From positions 4,155 to 68,154 of the forward strand of contig CALWJT010000016.1 in NCBI GenBank assembly GCA_944381075.1: a stretch of 64,000 bases of DNA, written 5' to 3'. Shown piece by piece: positions 20,575-30,090 of the stretch (positions are counted from its first letter, which is position 1; every line of letters starts with the position of its first letter). Origin of the DNA: an uncultured Clostridia bacterium. GTDB lineage: Bacteria; Bacillota; Clostridia; Oscillospirales; CAG-272. The notes under the pieces are model-generated. The model was given only the letters and a program-made list of their open reading frames with translations, was not told the origin of the DNA and ran no database searches. The position numbers and the translations under genes are program-made.

Positions 20575-21240
20575 ATGAAAAAAATTTTATCCATGCTCCT
20601 CTGCTTTTGCCTGCTTGGCGCGCAAATGTCCGTCAGAGCTGCGGAAAAAAACGAATATCTGATCTTGATCAATTCCGAAAATCCCTTGCCGGAGGATTAT
20701 GCCCTTATCTTCAAGGATGATTTTGTCGATGTCAAATCGACAAGAGACGACGGCAGGCCCCCTCAGAAGCTGCGAAAAGCAGCCGCCGAAGCGCTGGAAG
20801 AGCTGAACGCCGCGGCCGCCGAAGCAGGATTTTCCAACATCAGCGTAACAAGCGCATATCGTTCCCGCGAATATCAAAAGCAGTTGTTCGACGGCGCAGT
20901 GGAGCGCTATCTCGCACGCGGGATGACAAAGAAAGAAGCGCTGCACCTGACGAAGCGCTATTTTGCGGAGCCAGGGAAAAGCGAGCATGAAAGCGGCCTT
21001 GCTGTAGACATGCATCACCTGTCCTGCGCTTCGCTCGCCTTTGCCGAAACCGCAGAATACCGGTGGCTCTCTGAGCATGCGCATCTGTATGGCTTCATTC
21101 TCCGGTATCCGGAAGGAAAAGAAAAAATCACAGGAATCGCTTTTGAACCGTGGCATTTTCGATACGTCGGGAAGGAAGCTGCGGCAGAGATATACGCATC
21201 GGGCCTATGTCTCGAGGAATATTTAAATAAAATTTCATAA
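20575..21240 (+). CDS. Secreted D-alanyl-D-alanine carboxypeptidase (M15B, VanY-like)
   Basis: Signal peptide MKKILSMLLCFCLL; SAYRS, SEHESGLAVD, EPWHFRYVG. Confidence 0.92.
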   Translation: MKKILSMLLCFCLLGAQMSVRAAEKNEYLILINSENPLPEDYALIFKDDFVDVKSTRDDGRPPQKLRKAAAEALEELNAAAAEAGFSNISVTSAYRSREYQKQLFDGAVERYLARGMTKKEALHLTKRYFAEPGKSEHESGLAVDMHHLSCASLAFAETAEYRWLSEHAHLYGFILRYPEGKEKITGIAFEPWHFRYVGKEAAAEIYASGLCLEEYLNKIS

Positions 21241-21256
21241 AAATCTAAAAAACCTC

Positions 21257-21285
21257 TTGCAAAACGGGTAAAATTATGATATAAT
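21257..21285 (+). promoter_or_regulatory. Sigma-A promoter of tRNA-Glu
   Basis: TTGCAA-17-TATAAT with TGn extended -10. Confidence 0.75.
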
Positions 21286-21313
21286 ACAAACCGCGCCGGA
21301 TTCCGGTCGGTAT

Positions 21314-21388
21314 GGCCCGTTGGTCAAGCGGCTAAGACATCGCCCTCTCACGGCGAAAACATGGGTTCGATTCCCGTACGGGTCACCA
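21314..21388 (+). tRNA. tRNA-Glu (anticodon CTC)
   Basis: GGCCCGTTGGTCAAGCGGCTAAGACATCGCC-CTCTCAC-GGCGAAAACATGGGTTCGATTCCCGTACGGGTCACCA; cloverleaf with encoded CCA. Confidence 0.97.
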
Positions 21389-21390
21389 CA

Positions 21391-21426
21391 AAAGAAAAAC
21401 CACCAGATATGGTGGTTTTTCTTTTG
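21391..21426 (+). terminator. tRNA terminator
   Basis: aaagaaaaaccacca-gata-tggtggtttttcttt. Confidence 0.8.
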
Positions 21427-21957
21427 TTTCAAAGCAGCATACTGTTTTATCGTGATTCGGGGTACCATTCAGGCACGATTTTTCAAATGGTTTTATTCGA
21501 CCGTCCCAAAACGCCGCAAACTTTTTGTACGATCCAAAATGTCATACACAGCTCCCATAGCCATCCAATGGAACGGGGTCGAGCATCGCGTCTGTACGCG
21601 GCTGCTCGGACCCGTTTTTTGTGCGGAAGGTAGCCTTTTATGAGAAATCCGCTTCCGCCCCATGCTCCCTTCTGAAATCCCGCTTCCCGCCCGTTTGCCC
21701 TTCATGGACATTTCAAAGAGCCATTTGCGAACAGACGAAAGCCAAAGAAAAGCACTTCCCTCACGGTTGCGCGCAAAAATCTATCCGGAGAGGGCACACG
21801 GTATTTTCGCCGCAGCCTCCTGTTTCTTCTTACACCGCTGCCTGTCTGCTTCTATTATAAATCGTCGTATCTCAAACTGCAAATGCTCATTTTCTATCGT
21901 TTATCATAATTGACATGCATTCCAAAACATGTTATTCTAAGAGAAAGGAGGCCGTAT

Positions 21958-22842
21958 ATGGAACTGAGAGTTTTACGTTATTTTCTTGCGGTAGCCAGAG
22001 AACAGAGCATAACACGGGCGGCGGAGATCCTGCACATCACCCAGCCTACACTATCAAAGCAGCTGATGAATTTGGAAGACGAGCTTGGAAAAAGGCTGCT
22101 CATCCGCGGCAAAAGAAAAGTAACGCTTACAGAAGAAGGCATGTTTCTCCAAAAGCGTGCCCAGGAAATCATCGAACTGTCGGATAAAACACAGGCTGCA
22201 TTTCATACGGAAAAAGGGACCATAGCCGGCGATGTTTATATCGGATGCGGAGAAACCGAAAGCATGCGGCTTCTCATTAAAGCCATGAAACAGCTTCATC
22301 ATGCACATCCCGACATCCATTTTCATCTTTACAGCGGCAATGACCGGGAGGTCGCCGAACGCCTGGAGCAGGGGCTCGTGGATTTCGGCGTTTTCGTCGG
22401 CAATACCGATCTTAGCAAATACGATTATCAAAAGCTTCCGAAGACGGACCGATGGGGACTTCTGCTGCACAGGGACCATCCGCTCGCCGCAAAGCAGTCG
22501 GTCACGCCGGCGGATATGGCAGGCCTTACCCTTTTCTGTTCAAGGCAAATGCTGGAGCAGAACGAGCTGTCCGGCTGGCTCGGCTATTCCTTTCACAGTC
22601 TCAACATTACAGATACCTATAATTTGATCCGCAATGCCGCCATCATGGTAGAAGAAGGACTTGGCTGCACCGTCACGCTGGAGCATTTGGTCAATACAGA
22701 GGGCACCTGTCTTGTATTTCTTCCCCTGGAGCCAATGGTGAAAGCCGAGATCACAATCGCATGGAAAAAATATCAGATTTTCTCCAAAGCCGCAAAGGCA
22801 TTTTTAGATTGCCTCCGCGAAGAAATCGCCAGGGCTTCTTAG
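21958..22842 (+). CDS. LysR-family transcriptional regulator
   Basis: MELRVLRYFLAVAREQSITRAAEILHITQPTLSKQ; AAGGAGG RBS. Confidence 0.95.
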   Translation: MELRVLRYFLAVAREQSITRAAEILHITQPTLSKQLMNLEDELGKRLLIRGKRKVTLTEEGMFLQKRAQEIIELSDKTQAAFHTEKGTIAGDVYIGCGETESMRLLIKAMKQLHHAHPDIHFHLYSGNDREVAERLEQGLVDFGVFVGNTDLSKYDYQKLPKTDRWGLLLHRDHPLAAKQSVTPADMAGLTLFCSRQMLEQNELSGWLGYSFHSLNITDTYNLIRNAAIMVEEGLGCTVTLEHLVNTEGTCLVFLPLEPMVKAEITIAWKKYQIFSKAAKAFLDCLREEIARAS

Positions 22843-23022
22843 GTCCATCTGAAATGCCCCGATCCTCCGTTCGCTGCCCGGAGCTCGCAGGCCGAGGCGC
22901 AGCAGCAATACCATGGCAGCAGCGATCTCAGAGGCAAGAACGCCGGCCCGTCCCATCCGGTTTTTCCGGCAAAGAGCGAGCAAAGCCTTTTCGTCCGCGG
23001 ATTTCTCCCAGACGAAAAGGCT

Positions 23023-23715
23023 TCATCGTTTCAGCGTGCGCAGGTAGTCCTTTTTCCGGGAATCGATCCGGCGGCTTTCCACCGCTTTTTGTATGGTCTT
23101 GTTATGTACCCATTCGGGAAGGCGTCTTTCTTCAAGGTAGGCAACAGCCGTCGGATACTGCTTGGCAAGCGCCGTCGCAAAATACCACGCGATCATCATA
23201 TTGACATAATATTCGTCCGAGCGGACGCCCGCAACAAGCGCCGGATAATCGGCAGAAAACTGCTCGTCCAGATAATACCTCATCAGCATCCCGATTCCAA
23301 ACCGTACCGTATAAGCATGCTCGGACATAAGCCAACCTGGGATCCGGCGGAGAAGAGACGGCAGGTTTTCGGAAAAGCATTTCGGCGCCAGCAGATCACA
23401 GGTAGCCCAATTATCGACATAGGGCAAAAACCTCTCCAGCGCCGCTACGGCCGAATCCCAGTCCGGCATCCGTTCGATCAGCAGCGCATGCAAATTGTTC
23501 TCTTCATAATAAGAATGCGGCAGCTCCTGCAAAAAAAGCGGCGCCGCCGAAGATGCCGAAAGTTTTTTTGCATACTTTCTCAGCTCCGGCATACGGACGC
23601 CGATGACGGTTTCCGCATCCACCGTCGGCAGCAAAGCCGACTGAAAGGCTTGATAACCGGGATCCTGCATGGAAAAAAGAGCCGCTCGGATCGCCTCTGT
23701 TCCCGTTTCATTCAT
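23023..23715 (-). CDS. DNA alkylation repair protein (AlkD-like)
   Basis: GVRMPELR, YVDNWATCD, YYVNMMIAWYFATALAK. Confidence 0.9.
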   Translation of the reverse strand: MNETGTEAIRAALFSMQDPGYQAFQSALLPTVDAETVIGVRMPELRKYAKKLSASSAAPLFLQELPHSYYEENNLHALLIERMPDWDSAVAALERFLPYVDNWATCDLLAPKCFSENLPSLLRRIPGWLMSEHAYTVRFGIGMLMRYYLDEQFSADYPALVAGVRSDEYYVNMMIAWYFATALAKQYPTAVAYLEERRLPEWVHNKTIQKAVESRRIDSRKKDYLRTLKR

Positions 23716-24079
23716 GCGCGCGCATCCATCCTTTCAGTTTTTCCTCCCATTCTGCGGGATGAAATCCGACAAGGACCAAGGACTCCGCGACCACGATCGG
23801 ACGCTTGACGAGCATGCCGTCCGACGCAAGAAGCCGCAGGCATTCGTCCTCGGTCATACTGGGAAGCTTGTCCTTCAAATTCATCGATTTGTAAAGCAGT
23901 CCGCTGGTATTAAAAAATTTTCGGCACGGCAGTCCGCTTGCCCTTATCCAAGCTGTCAGCTCATCCAAAGTGGGATTCTGCTCTCTGATAGGACGGTCTA
24001 TATAATCGATGCCATACAGATCCAGCCACTTCTTCGCCTTTTGGCAGGTCGAGCATTTCGCATATTCCAAAAAAATCAT
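23708..24079 (-). CDS. ArsC/Spx-family protein
   Basis: CSTCQKAKKWL...FFNTSG...GMLVKRP. Confidence 0.9.
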   Translation of the reverse strand: MIFLEYAKCSTCQKAKKWLDLYGIDYIDRPIREQNPTLDELTAWIRASGLPCRKFFNTSGLLYKSMNLKDKLPSMTEDECLRLLASDGMLVKRPIVVAESLVLVGFHPAEWEEKLKGWMRAHE

Positions 24080-24471
24080 CCGTGTTCTCCGTATTCCTTC
24101 TGTATTTTTTCAAGGATTTCTTTATCCGCCGGACAAAATGGATACATCGGGATTTCCGACGGCAGGATCCAGCGCATATCGTGATGCTCGAGACATTGCG
24201 GATCCCCCTTTTCAACCGCCGCATGAAACAGCATCAGATGGACGGTGATATCAGGATAGGCATACGTGGTCTCGGCAAAAACGCCAAGAGGCCGCACAGC
24301 GATCCCAAGCTCCTCCCTGCACTCCCGAATCAGTGCCTGCTCCGGTGTTTCGCCTGCCTCCACTTTGCCGCCGGCAAATTCCCACAGCAGAGCACAAGCC
24401 TTCTTTTCCGGACGCTGACAAATCAAAAATCGGTTCTCTTTCCAAATAAGAGCAGCCACAACCTCCGTCAT
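24076..24471 (-). CDS. NUDIX (MutT-like) hydrolase
   Basis: WEFAGGKVEAGETPEQALIRECREELG Nudix box. Confidence 0.9.
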   Translation of the reverse strand: MTEVVAALIWKENRFLICQRPEKKACALLWEFAGGKVEAGETPEQALIRECREELGIAVRPLGVFAETTYAYPDITVHLMLFHAAVEKGDPQCLEHHDMRWILPSEIPMYPFCPADKEILEKIQKEYGEHG

Positions 24472-25229
24472 TTTTCTTCCCCTTTCCCTTCATCCCTTCG
24501 CACCTCTGTTCCGTCCTGCCGCGCCGGAAAGGTGTCCAGAAGAGCTTTTCTCTCTTTCCAATCCGGCATCCATGCCCCCAGCCTCTCATAAAACCGCACA
24601 GAATGGTCGGGATGAAGAAAATGCACAAACTCATGTATGACGACATATTCCATGCAAGAGATGGGATACGCTCCCAGCCGTTTGTTAAACGTGAGGACCC
24701 CTTCTTTCGGACGGCAGCTTCCCCACCGCGCCCGCATCTTCCGAAAACGGATCGTCGGGAACGGGATACCGTAATCCGCAAAGATCGGATAGACAGCCAT
24801 GCAAAGCCTCTTCATCGTATCCGAGCATACCGCATCCCGATATTCCTCTAACACGCGCTTTTTGAGTGCAAAGCGGGAGGGATCGGTCACGGCAAGGATC
24901 AGCCAATTTCCCTCTTCGGCAACAGAATTGTGCTTCCCTTGGCACACACGAAGCGTATATTTTCGCCCAAGCAAATAAAAGGGCTCTCCCGACACATACT
25001 GCGGCGGCGGCAAGGTATCCGCCGCAGACGCCCGAAAACGTGCCTGCGCACGCAAAATCCACTCGGATTTCTTCCGCAAAAACGACTCGATCTGCGTCTG
25101 CGTGACCCATGTATTCGCACTGACAAAGACGGTGCCGTCTGCCCGGATCCGAAGATTGATATTTTTCACCCTTTTCCGGCAAAGCTCATATGAGAGGCTC
25201 TCCCCTTCAAGGACGATTTGACACATCAT
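24468..25229 (-). CDS. YgjP/M48-like metal-dependent hydrolase (DUF45)
   Basis: KRVKNINLRI, RWGSC, YVVIHEFVH, HSVRFY. Confidence 0.88.
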   Translation of the reverse strand: MMCQIVLEGESLSYELCRKRVKNINLRIRADGTVFVSANTWVTQTQIESFLRKKSEWILRAQARFRASAADTLPPPQYVSGEPFYLLGRKYTLRVCQGKHNSVAEEGNWLILAVTDPSRFALKKRVLEEYRDAVCSDTMKRLCMAVYPIFADYGIPFPTIRFRKMRARWGSCRPKEGVLTFNKRLGAYPISCMEYVVIHEFVHFLHPDHSVRFYERLGAWMPDWKERKALLDTFPARQDGTEVRRDEGKGEEK

Positions 25230-25357
25230 GCTCTTTCCTCATTTTAAGCGAAACTGAAATTTCGCTTTCATCATATCACAGAAATGCGCTTCTGTCAATT
25301 CAAACGGGGGACCCGCGATTCGTTTCTTTTGGGATAGAAAGCAAAAGGGCCCATACA

Positions 25358-25395
25358 TAGGAAGTGACCGCTCTATCCTGCTGAGCTGCAAGGAC
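25358..25395 (-). pseudogene. Degenerate 5' half of tRNA-Arg(CCT)
   Basis: Minus strand GTCCTTGCAGCTCAGCAGGATAGAGCGGTCACTTCCTA: intact D-arm GCTC/GAGC and TT-CCT-A anticodon loop; no 3' half. Confidence 0.45.
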
Positions 25396-25467
25396 ATATT
25401 GATTCAATTTATGACGATTTTGGTCCCTACAGGGTACGAACGATCTGCCGTTTAAAAAGCGGGCGCC

Positions 25468-25725
25468 TTATTTGCCGAGGAAGGAAAAAAAGCCCTTCTT
25501 CTCATACGGCACCTTGCTGACCGAGATCAGCCGATACCCGGTTTTCTCCACGATCTCTTTTAAGCTTTGTTCATCGATTTCCCGCTCCGTCAATATGACG
25601 GTCTGTCCCCTGCTGTGAGAAGAAGAGACCTTCTTTACCGGAAACGCATTCCTTACCGCATCATTCATATGCGCTTCACACATTCCGCACCGCATCCCAT
25701 CGATCTGCATGGTAATCCTCCACAT
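25468..25725 (-). CDS. Heavy-metal-associated (HMA) domain protein
   Basis: IDGMRCGMCEAH. Confidence 0.85.
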   Translation of the reverse strand: MWRITMQIDGMRCGMCEAHMNDAVRNAFPVKKVSSSHSRGQTVILTEREIDEQSLKEIVEKTGYRLISVSKVPYEKKGFFSFLGK

Positions 25726-26034
25726 ATTTGCTTATCCCTCCGGTTCTGCACAATTTTTGTCAGCCGACAATCGTTTGGGGCGGCTAAAACGAAGCTCCGT
25801 GCTTCTCCCGAGATACGATTGCGGCTCACTTGGATGTTCTTTCGAGAACATCGCTTGCCCGAAGTTAGTATAAGCTAACCCCAGACAAAACATTTTGGAC
25901 CGCACGGAAAATTTCCGCTGCTGTCCTTATGTTTATCATAGCACAAGCACAGCGCGCCTGTCAAGGGAAAAACACGCAAACGCTTTTATTTTACAAATAC
26001 AGAGGCCGCCACAAGCGACCCTCATCGGCAGACA

Positions 26035-27117
26035 CTATCCTTCCCCCGTCTCTCCGGCGTCCTGAGCCATGATTTTCATGAACGCGCGCAGCGCCGTCGG
26101 AACCGCATAATGGTCTCGAATGATCTGCGCCCTCTCCCAGATAAAATTTTCCGCCGGACTGGTACATTCCGCAAGATAGCCCGTCATATGCCACTCCACG
26201 TGAGTAAAAACATGGACGGCCTCTGCGCAGGGCTCACAGGAAAGCACGTCGGTCCCCAGCGTCCTCACATATTCTGCCGCCTCGTCAGGCGTCAATTTGC
26301 CCAAGACATTCGGAAACTCCCAAAGGCCGGCGAGCAGTCCGCCCGCCGGCCTTTTACGGACGGCATAGCGGCCGCGGCAGGAAAGCAAAAATACCGTGCG
26401 CTCCTCTTTTCTGCGCTCCTTTTTCGGACTTTTTACCGGAAGCATTCCCGTCCAGCCTCTGCGCTTCGCCTCACACTGCTTCCGCAGGGGACAATGCTCA
26501 CACCGCGGCTCTCCGTTCGGAATGCACAGGTTCTCCCCCAGTTCCATGATCGCCTGCGTAAACAAGCCTGCCTCCTCTCCGGACGGATATATAGCCCGAA
26601 GGCCCGCAGCGACCTGCGTTTTCACCGCAGGAGACGTGATATCCGCACGGCATCCGAGATACCGCATGACGACGCGGAGCACATTCCCGTCCACGGCAGG
26701 CTCCGGCAGACCGAAAGCGATCGACGCGATCGCTCCTGCCGTATATTCCCCTATACCGGGAAGCGACAGAAGCGCCGGCAAAGTATCCGGCAGCTTCGCA
26801 TCGTAGGAATCTACCAGGATTTGAGCCGCCTTTTTTAAATTTCTCGCCCTGCTGTAATATCCAAGCCCTTCCCACAATTTCATGAGTCGTTCGTCGGAGA
26901 CCGAAGCCAGCGCAGATACCGTTGGCAACTCACAGAGGAACCGCTCATAATATGGGATCACCGCCGCCGTTCTCGTCTGCTGCAGCATGATTTCCGAGAC
27001 CCATACATGATACGGCGTTGCGTCTGCCCGCCATGGAAGCGCTTTTTTATTTTCTGCATACCAGGAAAGAAGCGGCGCCGAAAGCTCGGACAAGCGCTCA
27101 GTCCGTATCTCCTCCAT
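26035..27117 (-). CDS. mutY: A/G-specific adenine glycosylase
   Basis: LPWR, WVSEIMLQQT, WEGLGYYSRARNL, HhH LPGIGEYTA, VDGNVLRV, C-x6-C-x2-C-x5-C, LWEFP. Confidence 0.95.
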   Translation of the reverse strand: MEEIRTERLSELSAPLLSWYAENKKALPWRADATPYHVWVSEIMLQQTRTAAVIPYYERFLCELPTVSALASVSDERLMKLWEGLGYYSRARNLKKAAQILVDSYDAKLPDTLPALLSLPGIGEYTAGAIASIAFGLPEPAVDGNVLRVVMRYLGCRADITSPAVKTQVAAGLRAIYPSGEEAGLFTQAIMELGENLCIPNGEPRCEHCPLRKQCEAKRRGWTGMLPVKSPKKERRKEERTVFLLSCRGRYAVRKRPAGGLLAGLWEFPNVLGKLTPDEAAEYVRTLGTDVLSCEPCAEAVHVFTHVEWHMTGYLAECTSPAENFIWERAQIIRDHYAVPTALRAFMKIMAQDAGETGEG

Positions 27118-27459
27118 TTCCAAGATCCCTCCGTTTTTGCGTTATCGGTCAGATCCGTATTCCAATCCCCATCCGATCCGTTTTTATCGATACCGGTAGT
27201 ATAACATAAACAGCAGCAGATTTCAATTCCTTTTCCGTCTTTCCCCAAGGCCGGCTTTCTCTTTTTTTCTGCCGGAGAATACGGGTCTTTCCCTCCGTAC
27301 AGCCTCTGTTCCATTCCAGCAATCTACGCCCGCAGCCGGCCCATGCTGTCATCGTTTTTCAGTACCGCCGTGCAAATACGCTGTCAGCGTTCCGCCAATC
27401 CGCACAGCCTCACGAGAGAGCCCGCCGCGGAAAAGAACGCGTATTCTCTTTCTTCCCTC

Positions 27460-27695
27460 CTTAATATAAAATACTCGCTTGACGTAGTTTAAAAATTCTA
27501 CTAGGTCCACTTCTTTCTTTATAGCTTTCATATCCTAAACTTATTTAAGAGGGGGGTAAACAAAATATTAGCGACGATTCCAATAAGCGATACAAGTATC
27601 ATCCATGGATCCATCGAAATCATTAAAGAAACAACGGTAGCAACAGATAAAATATTTCCTATAAAATTAGTGATGTTTTCAATATTTGACACAAC
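27460..27695 (-). pseudogene. Fragment of a second ABC exporter membrane domain
   Basis: ...SLMISMDPWMILVSLIGIVANILFTPLLNK/.../LNYVKRVFYIKE resembles TLDPFILIIIAVMVVVSFF...SEYIKKVSHFKD of 31010..32830; frameshifted and truncated. Confidence 0.45.
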
Positions 27696-27719
27696 TCATG
27701 CTGTTAAATCATTTATAAC

Positions 27720-27842
27720 TTATGTATATCTATTATAAAAATCCGGGTTATCCAAATCCTTCATGTCGACATGAAAGTTTGAACAATCGTCAAAACTCTC
27801 CATAAAATTGCACAGCTCTACTGACTCTCTAAGTATCTTCAT
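27720..27842 (-). CDS. 40-aa small peptide, candidate second RiPP precursor
   Basis: AAGGAGGTG RBS before ATG; MKILRESVELCNFMESFDDCSNFHVDMKDLDNPDFYNRYT*. Confidence 0.6.
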   Translation of the reverse strand: MKILRESVELCNFMESFDDCSNFHVDMKDLDNPDFYNRYT

Positions 27843-27961
27843 TTTTTCACCTCCTTCTCAATTTTCGATTTCAAGTCATTCTTTTAGGGAAATAAACACT
27901 CTCTATTTAGCAGATAATAAAAAATTTTCTGCTATTTCTCCCGATCTATGACCGGAAATCG

Positions 27962-28883
27962 TTATACAGAGTGATGATGGAAATAATAGTTCTGCATGGC
28001 TTCGTAAATATCCTCTTCACGCCATAAACATGGCTTTGCACATCTCTCAATTCGCTCCCGCTTACAACTCCCTACACAAATAGGCAAACATTTACACCGC
28101 TTACAGTCTTCAAAGTTTTCAAATTCAAATACGCTTCTTTTCCACAGATATCTTTGAAAATCCTGATATGGTTTTCCAAGACCGGAAGAACTCAGCTTGA
28201 TATTTTCAAAACCGTCTTCCGAAAGTATTCCGCCCCACAATACATTGTCACAGTCAAGCACGATACATTTCTTTGATATTCCGTATGTAATCAGGTATTA
28301 TTTATATATTTCCAAACTGATTTTTTTCAGATAACGATTGACTGTACGGATAATTCCATCTGTACTTGTTTTTGATGCTATATTCGTTCGATATTCCGAC
28401 GGATGCAATCAGGCGTTTGGTATCGATAAACGTGATTTCGGAGTCAAACTCTTCTCGTATTTGAACGTTGATTTTGTCCACCAATCCATTCGAAGCATAC
28501 TGCGAACCGAACACAAAGGAAGAATTCCATTGCCAATCTTCATATCCGAACCATAATACAGATGCCTTGGAATTTTTTCTGATTGCCTCCCAGATGCGAT
28601 GTGCTTTTTCAAGTTCAAAGTCAACAATCGCGCTTACCTCTGTCAACGAATCCTCATCCAACACCCCCGGGTATGTGTCCTCAAAACTCAAAAGAATTAC
28701 GACAAAATCGATCTCGGCAAATCATTGTAACGACTTAGTCGAACAATATTCATCGTAATTCACAGTGTCTATTCTAATCCGAATTCCGTTTTGCTCAAAT
28801 ATCCGATTGGCAGACGGTACCAAAAACGGTTCGACAGACAGATTGGAGACAAAGGACAGCTCAAATAAAGATTTTTCCTGCAT
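27962..28883 (-). pseudogene. FkbH-like HAD-IIIC protein remnant fused to a radical SAM SPASM C-terminus
   Basis: ATG 28883 with GAGGTG RBS, in-frame TGA 28722-24, frameshift near 28325; KCIVLDCDNVLWGGILSEDG...YQDFQ (FkbH motif I) runs directly into CKRCKCLPICVGSC...C. Confidence 0.75.
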
Positions 28884-28897
28884 AGATTCACCTCATC

Positions 28898-29176
28898 TTA
28901 TGGATCCCTGGATTCAAGAACCGATTTATTGCTTTCGCTGACAGCAAGTTGGAGCACCTCCAACATCTTGTTAACCGAATTCATTTCGGTCAATAGCAAT
29001 TTTTCATCAGGTATCTCACATTCAAATGCTTCTTCAAGCGACACAACAATTTGAATGAATTTGATAGAATCCACTCCCAACTCCAGCAGATCGTTATCAC
29101 ATTGATCTACGGTCACTTCCATGTCTTGAACGGAATTAACGATTTCCAGTATTTTTTCTTTTGTTATTTCTTTCAT
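28898..29176 (-). CDS. Acyl carrier protein
   Basis: ELGVDSIKFIQIVVSLEEAF phosphopantetheine motif; start overlaps upstream stop. Confidence 0.88.
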   Translation of the reverse strand: MKEITKEKILEIVNSVQDMEVTVDQCDNDLLELGVDSIKFIQIVVSLEEAFECEIPDEKLLLTEMNSVNKMLEVLQLAVSESNKSVLESRDP

Positions 29177-30087
29177 TCGCTTATCCCCAGAAAGACTCGC
29201 TTATTGATTGCGATCTTTTCCTTATCCCGTTCTGTTAGGGTCTCTTTGATCAGTTCGTAAAGATGATCCGAATCAAGCCTTGTTTTGAAGTCACACTTCC
29301 ATTCACGCCGTTCCTTTTCGCATAAACCGTAGCTATTCAGAAGTGCCTCTCCCACCGGTGTTCTGAATGCTTCTATGTACTGCTTTAATACATCGTCATC
29401 AAATACCTGACCTGTATAGTATAAGACATAAAAAACATAGGGGATAATCTCATATTCGACACTCATGGTATACAGTTTGTCTAAAGATATCGCGTCAAGA
29501 TTATTTTTCAGCAAGTAATATACATCCTTGAACATATCGTATCTGATGCTTTTCCTGGTTGCGAGCAGAAAAAGAGAGTTTATGTCTTTATAGTGGTGAA
29601 GAATAAGATGAATCATTGCTTTTATCGGGGGCAACGTTTTCACTTTGACACCGTAAATCTCCATTTCTATTGTGTCTGACAGGAATTCCTCAATGTCTAT
29701 TCGCTTGCCTTCATATTCTCCCCAAAAGATGTCATAATTTAAGTCTATATAAATAGCATTTCCGTTTATATTTTTTATATATGGTAATAATTGGTGTGAA
29801 TTGGTAAGTACAAAAATTCTATCTTCTCTGCTATAATTAGAATATATATTCATAAAACCATTTGCTTGTAAGACCTCTTCAAGTTTTTTTAGAGTTTTTC
29901 GCGAAACTAATATATCAATATCATTGTACAAACGCATGCCGTTTTTCTGATATGCTTCAATCGATAATGGCTCTCCTTTTACTATAGCAAATAAGTATTG
30001 TTGTGTATCAATGAGTAATTGTGATAACTGTTTGTAAAGAAACTTGCCTTCAATTAGATTCTTCATCCGAATAGCTTCTTGAATCAT
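29173..30087 (-). CDS. Nucleotidyltransferase family protein (NTP_transf_5-like)
   Basis: IVKG...Y...R..NDIDILV, HLILH, FKDVY. Confidence 0.8.
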   Translation of the reverse strand: MIQEAIRMKNLIEGKFLYKQLSQLLIDTQQYLFAIVKGEPLSIEAYQKNGMRLYNDIDILVSRKTLKKLEEVLQANGFMNIYSNYSREDRIFVLTNSHQLLPYIKNINGNAIYIDLNYDIFWGEYEGKRIDIEEFLSDTIEMEIYGVKVKTLPPIKAMIHLILHHYKDINSLFLLATRKSIRYDMFKDVYYLLKNNLDAISLDKLYTMSVEYEIIPYVFYVLYYTGQVFDDDVLKQYIEAFRTPVGEALLNSYGLCEKERREWKCDFKTRLDSDHLYELIKETLTERDKEKIAINKRVFLGISE

Positions 30088-30090
30088 GAT

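Noticed and set aside
21314-21430. Island integrated at tRNA-Glu
   Set aside because: No integrase and no duplicated tRNA 3' end seen nearby
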